DNA of 12,017 nt from an uncultured bacterium (GTDB lineage: Bacteria > Abyssobacteria > SURF-5), in assembly GCA_964607485.1 (NCBI GenBank), contig CAZSKP010000066.1, positions 1 to 12,017 of the forward strand, written 5' to 3'. This document shows, in pieces, positions 1 through 5,887 of the stretch; positions within the stretch are counted from its first letter, which is position 1; each line of letters begins with the position of its first letter. Below the pieces are notes generated by a model, which worked only from the letters and a program-made list of their open reading frames with translations, did no database searches and was not told where the DNA came from. The translations under genes and the position numbers were made by a program.

Positions 1-60
1 CAAGAGCGTGACAACCAATACAACCGCCGCAAGCAGCGGCAACCTCTCTTTTCGCTTCAT
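1..60 (-). CDS. 5' end of a probable secreted/exported protein (partial, runs off the left edge)
   Basis: The reverse complement reads GGAG-N7-ATG, then MKRKERLPLLAAVVLVVTLL: a basic n-region plus hydrophobic h-region typical of a Sec signal peptide. Only 20 codons are visible. Confidence 0.6.
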   Translation of the reverse strand, partial: MKRKERLPLLAAVVLVVTLL

Positions 61-137
61 GCTTGGTCTCCGGCGTGGCATCGCGAAGATGCCTCGTGCA
101 AAATATTCTGGTACCAAAAGCTCAAAAGTATATTCTA

Positions 138-167
138 AACCACAGATGCACACAGATATACACAGAT
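138..167 (+). repeat. Left arm of inverted repeat, made of 3 tandem 10-bp CACAGATNNA units
   Basis: AACCACAGATGCACACAGATATACACAGAT; matches the reverse complement of 542..571 at 28/30 positions. Confidence 0.9.
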
Positions 168-179
168 GAAGAAATCGGA

Positions 180-563
180 TCAAGGAGGTCCGGCAATCCG
201 CTTCACCTCCACCCGTGTAGTGCCAAAGTTGATTAGGAGACACACCTTCAGGTCGGTTGCTTTCAGATAATTTAGACACTGTGCGAGATGTATATCTTCG
301 ATTCTCTTGACCGCCTTGGTTTCGACGATTATTTCTTCTTCCGCCAGAAGGTCCGCGACATATTCTCCGACACTCTGTCCATCGTAGAGAACCGTGATAG
401 GATATTGCTGTTTCACGAGAAGCCCCGACTTCGCCAGTTCGATTTTGAGCGCGTTCTCATATACTTTCTCCAGGAAACCGCATCCCAGCGAATTTCCTAT
501 CTTGTATGCGCATCCGATTACCTTCTCGGTGATGGTATTTAATCTGTGTCCATCTGTGTGCAT
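180..563 (-). CDS. GxxExxY family protein (PD-(D/E)XK nuclease superfamily)
   Basis: 127 aa with the signature G-F-L-E-K-V-Y (GxxExxY), a D...ExK nuclease motif (ADLL...IVETK), 'AQCLNYL' and a C-terminal 'LLINFG', all characteristic of this family. Confidence 0.92.
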   Translation of the reverse strand: MHTDGHRLNTITEKVIGCAYKIGNSLGCGFLEKVYENALKIELAKSGLLVKQQYPITVLYDGQSVGEYVADLLAEEEIIVETKAVKRIEDIHLAQCLNYLKATDLKVCLLINFGTTRVEVKRIAGPP

Positions 564-571
564 CTGTGGTT
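542..571 (-). repeat. Right arm of inverted repeat (3 tandem 10-bp units), overlapping the GxxExxY start codon
   Basis: ATCTGTGTCCATCTGTGTGCATCTGTGGTT is the inverted copy of 138..167; it encodes the N-terminal MHTDGHR of the ORF. Confidence 0.9.
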
Positions 572-626
572 CCGATCTGTTCTTCTTCTCTTCGTTGTGG
601 CTGTGCCGCGCTACGAATCCGAGAGA

Positions 627-655
627 ATAATATCTTTTCTAGAATGCGGCGTCAA
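627..655 (-). promoter_or_regulatory. Putative sigma70 promoter for the GxxExxY gene
   Basis: Minus strand TTGACG (655..650), 17-nt spacer, TATTAT (632..627). Confidence 0.5.
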
Positions 656-691
656 CCTAATTCTGTCAAGTGCCCTCGCTGGAGGCTGTGC

Positions 692-718
692 CACAGAGAG
701 CACCGAGGACACAGAGAG
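692..718 (+). repeat. Tandem 9-bp repeat x3
   Basis: CACAGAGAG-CACCGAGGA-CACAGAGAG. Confidence 0.75.
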
Positions 719-798
719 TCAGCGCGGACATTGGAACCACTAAGCCTGTCCTCGACAACGATCGGGGAGCGCCAAGGAAGAAATCGAGAGAGGGTCTT

Positions 799-822
799 CT
801 TTGTGCCTTTGTGCCTTGGTGG
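799..822 (-). repeat. Tandem 8-bp repeat x3, with a degenerate inverted partner at 737..776
   Basis: CTTTGTGC-CTTTGTGC-CTTGGTGG. Partner units CCACTAAG (737..744) and GCGCCAAG (769..776) are separated by a 24-nt hairpin-containing insert. Confidence 0.7.
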
Positions 823-870
823 CTAATGTGCTTCTCCCCCGGACTGCTTGATGAAGAACTTATTGCTTTC

Positions 871-879
871 TGATATAAT
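871..879 (+). promoter_or_regulatory. Extended -10 element (TGn-TATAAT) upstream of the protease-cyclase unit
   Basis: TGATATAAT. No well-spaced -35 element. A second TGG-TATTAT lies at 957..965. Confidence 0.4.
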
Positions 880-935
880 TTGCGGAGAGGCCTGTGAGAT
901 TCGATGTAAAGTTCTTGATTCGCTATGGAGCGTTT

Positions 936-953
936 TGCCACGATTTCGTGGCA
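936..953. promoter_or_regulatory. Perfect 8-2-8 palindrome, candidate operator
   Basis: TGCCACGA-TT-TCGTGGCA, about 60 nt upstream of the protease start. Confidence 0.45.
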
Positions 954-1014
954 CAATGGTATTATGAAGAGATCATGACAAGCTATAGTTAGTGCATGAA
1001 CCAAGGAGTTGTTG

Positions 1015-1746
1015 ATGCCTACTACTGAGTGGCATAAAGTAGTCGAAATCTTGATGCCTTACGTTGTGAGAATATGGACGCCCCAAAGCTCTGGCACGGG
1101 ATTCGTAGTATCGAACAGTCGCACCACAAATCTCTGTGCGATTGCAACAGCCGACCACGTGATTAGCCATGCGCACTACTGGGAGGAACCAATCCGCATT
1201 GAGCATCAAGCCTCTTCCAAGACTCTTCTCTTACGGCCAGCAGATCGGGCTATCAAGACAAACCCGACAACCGATACCGCAGCGATCACCTTTTGGCGTA
1301 GCGACCTGGCCTTGCCTGAGACGATGTTGCCTCTTACACCAAAGGCTAAGTGGTTCAAACCCGGAGTTGAGATCGGTTGGCTAGGCTATCCAGCTATCCC
1401 CCGAGCTAGTCTGTGTTTCTTCTCCGGACGGATTAGCGCATGGCTTGCTGCGGAAAGTGCCTATCTGGTGGATGGAGTTGCTATCAACGGTGTCAGCGGC
1501 GGTCCCGCATTCATCCAAATGAACAGCACGCTTGCGGGAGTCGTTTCTGCATATATTCCTAATCGCGCTACGGGGGAACCCCTTCCAGGGCTAGCTGTGG
1601 TTCGCGGTGTCGATCAATTTCACGAGCTTGCGGAGTCGTTTCGTACGCTTGACGAGGCGAAGGCGGAGGAGGTTACTCCTCCTGAGCCGCCACCGCCGAT
1701 ACCGGAGGGCGAAAGCCCAGCAAAATCGCCTCGTGGTGGTGCGTGA
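1015..1746 (+). CDS. Trypsin-like (S1/PA clan) serine protease, no signal peptide
   Basis: AAGGAG SD 6 nt before ATG 1015. Motifs GTGF, TADHV (catalytic His), TDTA (Asp) and NGVSGGP (Ser). Pro-rich C-terminal tail (TPPEPPPPIP). No PDZ domain or hydrophobic N-terminus. Confidence 0.88.
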   Translation: MPTTEWHKVVEILMPYVVRIWTPQSSGTGFVVSNSRTTNLCAIATADHVISHAHYWEEPIRIEHQASSKTLLLRPADRAIKTNPTTDTAAITFWRSDLALPETMLPLTPKAKWFKPGVEIGWLGYPAIPRASLCFFSGRISAWLAAESAYLVDGVAINGVSGGPAFIQMNSTLAGVVSAYIPNRATGEPLPGLAVVRGVDQFHELAESFRTLDEAKAEEVTPPEPPPPIPEGESPAKSPRGGA

Positions 1747-1774
1747 AATTTCCCTAATTTCCAGGGGGTATCGA

Positions 1775-2404
1775 ATGGCTAGGCGATTCGAGAAATCTGT
1801 CATCACAAGGAAAATAGTGCTCTTCTTTGATGTCTGCTCTTCCACCTCGATTCTTGAAGATTTAATCATGACGGAGAACCAAAAACTGTGGAAGAGGTTT
1901 CTGATCGACATAAAGAATTATCTTCGTTCCGAGCGAGCTGCAGTGGACTTTGAAATATACAAATTCCTCGGTGACGGATGGGTACTTCTTCTTGAACCGC
2001 GACCGGAGGGACTTGGGATACTCGACTTTCTTGACGAACTTTCGGATGAGTTTGTGTCGACATACAAAGGCCGTATCGAGAGCGTGCTCACGAGGCGAAT
2101 TAGAAATGTCGGGCTCACTTTTGGAATGGATATTGGCTCATGCATCCCCGTGGTCATGAATCAACAACGTGAGTATACAGGTCGTCCCCTCAACGTGGCC
2201 GCACGTCTCCAAGGAGCCATCGGACAGAAAGACAAGAACCCCCAGTACAAGGCGTTACTCTCCAACAATCTCTATGCGACTTTTGAAGACCAACAGGACA
2301 TAGAAAACGAGTATAAGATCATGCGTGTGAAACGAACCCTCACGAACATCTCTGGAGGTGAAGACTATCACTGCAAGAAGATTTGGCTCAGCCGCGCTCA
2401 GTAG
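1775..2404 (+). CDS. Stand-alone class III adenylate/guanylate (nucleotide) cyclase catalytic domain
   Basis: AGGGGG SD before ATG 1775; the longer ORF-track start at 1607 gives a junk-like extension. Motifs VLFFDVCSST (metal Asp19), YKFLGDG (Lys63, metal Asp67), FGMDIG, and EYTGRPLNVAARL (Asn140/Arg144 transition-state pair). Confidence 0.85.
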   Translation: MARRFEKSVITRKIVLFFDVCSSTSILEDLIMTENQKLWKRFLIDIKNYLRSERAAVDFEIYKFLGDGWVLLLEPRPEGLGILDFLDELSDEFVSTYKGRIESVLTRRIRNVGLTFGMDIGSCIPVVMNQQREYTGRPLNVAARLQGAIGQKDKNPQYKALLSNNLYATFEDQQDIENEYKIMRVKRTLTNISGGEDYHCKKIWLSRAQ

Positions 2405-2480
2405 AGAACTAGGAAAAAGGAGATAGACTCATTTTCTACTTCTTTCCGACGACCCCCTTCGCTCCAACCCAAGCCCCACC

Positions 2481-2514
2481 TTGACATTTTGACGTCATAA
2501 CGCTATAATGTTAT
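2481..2514 (+). promoter_or_regulatory. Consensus sigma70 promoter of the TA operon with overlapping 8-bp operator-like repeats
   Basis: TTGACA (2481..2486), 17 nt, TATAAT (2504..2509). Periodic units GACATTTT/GACGTCAT/AACGCTAT/AATGTTAT at 2483..2514. Confidence 0.85.
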
Positions 2515-2536
2515 AGTGACAGTGGGAGGTGGCGCT

Positions 2537-2770
2537 ATGGCGACGAAGATCAAGCGTGCCACGATCTACTTTGACCCAGACTTGCATAAAGCATTGCGGC
2601 TGAAGGCGGTTGAGACATCGCGGTCCGTATCCGACCTGGTGAACGAGGCCGTCCGGGAGGCCCTTTCGGAGGATGCCGAGGACCTTGCGGCGTTCGAAGA
2701 GCGGGCCGATGAGCCTCTGATCAGCTATGAGGAGATGGTCAAGAGGCTGAAGAAAGATGGCCGCTTATAA
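2537..2770 (+). CDS. CopG/ribbon-helix-helix type II antitoxin
   Basis: GGAGG SD, ATG 2537; 77 aa. RHH pattern (KRATIYFDPDLHKALRLKA...SVSDLVNEAVREAL) and an acidic C-terminal part ending 'EPLISYEEM'. Overlaps the toxin start by 14 nt. Confidence 0.88.
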   Translation: MATKIKRATIYFDPDLHKALRLKAVETSRSVSDLVNEAVREALSEDAEDLAAFEERADEPLISYEEMVKRLKKDGRL

Positions 2771-3068
2771 ACTGTTTTTCAAGAAGTCGGTGGAAAAAGA
2801 GTTGAAGGCTGCCTGCTCTGGGGACAGTCCCGAATCTACAGCCTCGACAGGCTCGGCCCGTAATTCTTGGGACAGTCCCCGTCGCTTAATCCTCAGCCGC
2901 ATCGAAGCTCTCGCCGAAGACCTCCGTCCCCCAGGATGCGAAAAATTGACCGGGCATGAGAGGTATCGGGTGCGTCAGGGAAGATACCGCATTGTGTATT
3001 CGATTCACGATGATGAGCTGACAGTGTGGGTGATAAAAGTCGGCCAGCGAAAGGATGTTTATCGCTGA
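2757..3068 (+). CDS. relE: RelE/ParE-superfamily toxin carrying an in-frame repeat insertion
   Basis: YKLFFKKSVEKEL...RPPGCEKLTG..RYRVRQGRYRIVYSI.D..LTVWVIKVG.RKDVYR is the RelE pattern. An extra low-complexity segment (GDSPESTASTGSARNSWDSP) is encoded by the repeat at 2820..2880. Confidence 0.85.
   Translation: MAAYKLFFKKSVEKELKAACSGDSPESTASTGSARNSWDSPRRLILSRIEALAEDLRPPGCEKLTGHERYRVRQGRYRIVYSIHDDELTVWVIKVGQRKDVYR
2820..2880. repeat. REP-like element with paired GGGGACWGTCCC palindromes, inside the toxin gene
   Basis: GGGGACAGTCCCGAAT (2820..2835) ... ATTCTTGGGACAGTCCCC (2863..2880); the ends are mutually complementary. Confidence 0.75.
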
Positions 3069-3127
3069 CGCGAACAATGGCTTGGTTTTTCGGGATGTTC
3101 GGAGTAGAATAGGCGAGGCGGGTTTCT

Positions 3128-3146
3128 TGCTCCGGGGACAGTCCCC
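3128..3146. repeat. Third copy of the GGGGACAGTCCCC palindrome
   Basis: TGCTCCGGGGACAGTCCC matches 2814..2831 at 17/18 positions. Confidence 0.75.
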
Positions 3147-3166
3147 ATCGCAACAGTGAGGGTTCG

Positions 3167-4087
3167 ATGTCTGAATATGCGCTGATAGTCAAAGACCTCA
3201 AGAAGTACTACGGACGCGTGCGCGCGGTGGACGGCATCTCGTTCGCCATCCGGCGGGGCACGATCTTTTGCTTCGTCGGGCCCAACGGCGCCGGAAAGAC
3301 CACGACGATGGAGGTCATCGAGGGCTTGAAGGAGCCGGACTCGGGCGAGATACTGCTTCTCGACATGGCGCTGCCGCAGGAGGCCGCGCGGGTGAAACAG
3401 GCGATGGGCGTGCAACTGCAGACGACGGGCCTCCTCGAACGTCTCAAGGTGCGCGAGATCATCGACCTGTTCCGCTCTTTCTACGCGCGTCCTCTTCCGA
3501 CGAAACAGGTGATGGCGGCGGTCTCGCTCGATTCAAAACAAGATCAGTTGGTAGCTGAGCTGTCGGGCGGACAACAGCAGCGGCTGGCCGTGGCGCTCGC
3601 GCTCGTGAACGACCCGGAAATACTGTTTCTGGACGAGCCGACAGCCGGCCTCGATCCGCAGGCCCGCCGGGAGGTGTGGCGGGTGATAGAGTCCATAAAG
3701 GAAAGGGGCAAGACCGTCTTCCTCACGACCCACTACATGGACGAAGCCGAGAAGCTGAGCGACGAGGTCGCCATCATCGATAACGGAAAGATAATCGCGC
3801 ACGACGCCCCGAGAAATCTCGTCGCCAACCTGAACAAGGGCAACGTGATAGAGTTCTCCACCGATGGCGGGCCGACGCGGGAGGACTTCGCCCGGCTGAG
3901 CGGCGTCACGTCGGTCAACATCGCGGGCGGAAACGTTGTGCTCTACACCGGCGACGTGAAGGAATGCCTCCTGGAGTTGCTTAACCTTTCACACGAGAAG
4001 GGGTTCGAACTCAAGGACATGCGCTTCCGCAATCCTTCGCTCGAGGACGTGTTCATCGAGCTCACCGGAAGGATGCTGCGGGACTGA
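3167..4087 (+). CDS. ABC-2 type (drug-export-like) transporter ATP-binding protein
   Basis: Walker A GPNGAGKT, signature LSGGQ, Walker B ILFLDE, D-loop PTAGLDP, H-loop TTHYM, and C-terminal 'PSLEDVFIELTG' extension. Confidence 0.95.
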   Translation: MSEYALIVKDLKKYYGRVRAVDGISFAIRRGTIFCFVGPNGAGKTTTMEVIEGLKEPDSGEILLLDMALPQEAARVKQAMGVQLQTTGLLERLKVREIIDLFRSFYARPLPTKQVMAAVSLDSKQDQLVAELSGGQQQRLAVALALVNDPEILFLDEPTAGLDPQARREVWRVIESIKERGKTVFLTTHYMDEAEKLSDEVAIIDNGKIIAHDAPRNLVANLNKGNVIEFSTDGGPTREDFARLSGVTSVNIAGGNVVLYTGDVKECLLELLNLSHEKGFELKDMRFRNPSLEDVFIELTGRMLRD

Positions 4088-4150
4088 CCCGCCCGTCGGC
4101 TTTCTGCCTCAAGAGTAACCCGGATAATGCTCCGCCTTCCTTGGGCCCGT

Positions 4151-4227
4151 TGTCATTCCCGTGAACACGGGAATCCAGGAATTTCTGCCATAGAATAGAA
4201 TGAATTCCCATTTTCGTGGGAATGACA
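4151..4227. repeat. dRS3/REP-like double hairpin (two ATTCCC-N8-GGGAAT units in inverted arrangement)
   Basis: TGTCATTCCC-GTGAACAC-GGGAATCCAG ... TGAATTCCC-ATTTTCGT-GGGAATGACA. The outer TGTCATTCCC/GGGAATGACA are perfect inverted repeats. Confidence 0.8.
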
Positions 4228-4377
4228 TGTCTGAGTTACCCACACGACAAGGAGATTTGCGGACGCCTTCAAGCGACGCGACACCAGCTTCTTTCCCGTA
4301 AAATTATCTCCCAATAATGCCTTCTGCGGTTCCCATCCTGGCCGTTCAAGAGACCCATCAATTTTGACGCTTATCGC

Positions 4378-4406
4378 TTGACACGATTGGCTTTGGATGA
4401 TATAAT
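4378..4406 (+). promoter_or_regulatory. Consensus sigma70 promoter (with extended -10)
   Basis: TTGACA (4378..4383), 17 nt, TATAAT (4401..4406) preceded by TGA. Confidence 0.75.
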
Positions 4407-4618
4407 CTATAGACCATATATGTTATAAGATAATTCTTACAGTATCAGCGTGCGCTCAGGTTTATGAGGATTTATTCGCCGCTGGAGAATAGCAACAATT
4501 TCGTAATCGGCAGCCAGTGACATGCAAAGGGGTGACGTGTCTGGGGATGTGCCAGAAATCCTCGTAAGTACCCTAATAACAAAGGGTTTAAATCGAAGCA
4601 TGCCACCCAATATCCCGA

Positions 4619-4633
4619 GGGCACGGTTCTTGC
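4619..4633 (+). promoter_or_regulatory. Sigma54 (-24/-12) promoter of pilin module 1
   Basis: GGGCACGGTTCTTGC: GG-N10-GC, matching consensus TGGCACGNNNNTTGC except at the first base. Confidence 0.7.
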
Positions 4634-4736
4634 CCGCCGAATCGCAGAGGGGGGATGAGAGTCACCGATGGCTTTCGCCGTTGGCAGGGTCGCGCGGCCG
4701 AGCGACGGGGGCTGCGACAGGAGAGGAGACACCCGC

Positions 4737-5222
4737 GTGTGTGAACATAGGAGGCGCTGCTTGAGGCCGGCCCGTGGCCGAGGCGGTTTCACCATCATAG
4801 AGCTGATGATTGCAACCGCTGTGTTGGTTATTTTCGCAACAGGAACGTACATGGCCATTCTGGCCTCGATAAACCTTTCGAAGACCGCCCGCGAGACAAG
4901 CATCGCCACGGCTGAGCTGGAATGCATTCTCGAGGAAATCTACAACACCCCGTTCATCAATCTGTCGGCTTCGTTTCCGGGATCGGCGCCCAGGCCAGCG
5001 GGCCAATCGGTGGAGACGCCGCCCCCTTGTTACAACGTGAACCCGGCGCTGGACACGAGCATTCCGGCGTACAGGGACCGGAATCTGGAGGATGAGCGGG
5101 TGTGGGTCGAGTATCCCAGCCCGGGAGCGGATCCTCTCGAAATACGGGTGCGCATATGGTGGCGGACCCACCGGGGCACTCATCGAGAGGTGACGATGAG
5201 CACGATGAGAACGAACGTTTAA
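4737..5222 (+). CDS. Type IV minor pilin / pseudopilin, PilV-like
   Basis: Prepilin peptidase site G|FTIIEL with Glu5, followed by a hydrophobic helix. Start uncertain: ATG 4668, GTG 4737 (GGAG SD) or TTG 4761 (AGGAGG SD), all in frame. Confidence 0.85.
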   Translation: MCEHRRRCLRPARGRGGFTIIELMIATAVLVIFATGTYMAILASINLSKTARETSIATAELECILEEIYNTPFINLSASFPGSAPRPAGQSVETPPPCYNVNPALDTSIPAYRDRNLEDERVWVEYPSPGADPLEIRVRIWWRTHRGTHREVTMSTMRTNV

Positions 5223-5239
5223 ACGGTGAAGGAGCGAGT

Positions 5240-5869
5240 ATGCACGACGAAAAACCGGCGGCGTACCGGAAGCACGAGCGGGGATTCACGCTCATCGAGA
5301 TCGCGGTCGTGGTCGTTGTCTTTTGCATCCTGCTGTTGGCGATACTCGGCACGCTGGGCGACTCCTTCGGGATGTTCACGCTGGGTGAGGACGAGGTGGC
5401 CCTGCAGGAACAGAGCCGTGCCGCCATCAACTTCATGTGCGCCGAACTGAGGGAAGCCGGCATTCAGCCCAACCCGACCGGTCCGGACGCCTACCCCACG
5501 ATCACGGGCGGAACGGCCATCCAGTTCGTCCTCCCGACCGACCAGGACGCGGACGGATACCTCACGAAGGGTCCGCCCGCCAGCGCTCTTTATAACGTCG
5601 GCGATGTGGAGTGGGACCTTGCAAACGTGATTCAGTACAGAATCGAGCAAGCCCCAAGCGGCGAAGGAATGCTGGTGCGGCGGGTCAACGGCGCGAATCC
5701 CCGGGTGTTCGCCCGGTACGTCCAGAGCGTCCGGTTCGACGACTTCGACACCGACCCCATAAGCGTGGCCCTCGGGGAGGTAAGGGTTCAGCTTACCATG
5801 TCCAAGAACACAGTCAAGCAGAACGCGCTGACATACAACACGAGCTTCTCGGTGGCAATGCGCAACTAA
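5240..5869 (+). CDS. Type IV minor pilin / pseudopilin, PilW-like
   Basis: AAGGAG SD, ATG 5240. ERG|FTLIEIAVVVVVF; 'LQEQSRAAINFMCAELREAG' is a PilW/GspJ-like helix; DQDADG motif; C-terminal 'SVAMRN'. Confidence 0.88.
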   Translation: MHDEKPAAYRKHERGFTLIEIAVVVVVFCILLLAILGTLGDSFGMFTLGEDEVALQEQSRAAINFMCAELREAGIQPNPTGPDAYPTITGGTAIQFVLPTDQDADGYLTKGPPASALYNVGDVEWDLANVIQYRIEQAPSGEGMLVRRVNGANPRVFARYVQSVRFDDFDTDPISVALGEVRVQLTMSKNTVKQNALTYNTSFSVAMRN

Positions 5870-5887
5870 TCACTTCAAAGGGGGTAC

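Noticed and set aside
138-823. Possible CRISPR array suggested by the short repeats
   Set aside because: Units are 8-10 bp, contiguous, and lack unique spacers; no cas genes are present.
566-1004. Several short ORFs in the repeat-rich intergenic region
   Set aside because: Their translations derive from the tandem repeats (e.g. ATESTEDTE, HQGTKAQR); no SD and mutually overlapping.
1607-1774. Extended N-terminus of the cyclase ORF from the ORF track
   Set aside because: It overlaps the protease gene and translates to poly-Arg junk; ATG 1775 has its own SD.
1775-2404. Calling the cyclase a Pycsar PycC
   Set aside because: No adjacent cNMP-binding TIR or transmembrane effector, and nucleotide specificity cannot be determined by eye.
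2411-2447. Possible terminator after the cyclase
   Set aside because: Only an imperfect purine/pyrimidine-tract stem, with no GC-rich hairpin or U-tract.
3071-3101. attC-like ends (CGAACA ... TGTTCG) right after the toxin stop, suggesting an integron cassette
   Set aside because: Only 19 nt separate the ends, which is too short for an attC. No L boxes, no similar sites after the other genes and no integrase.
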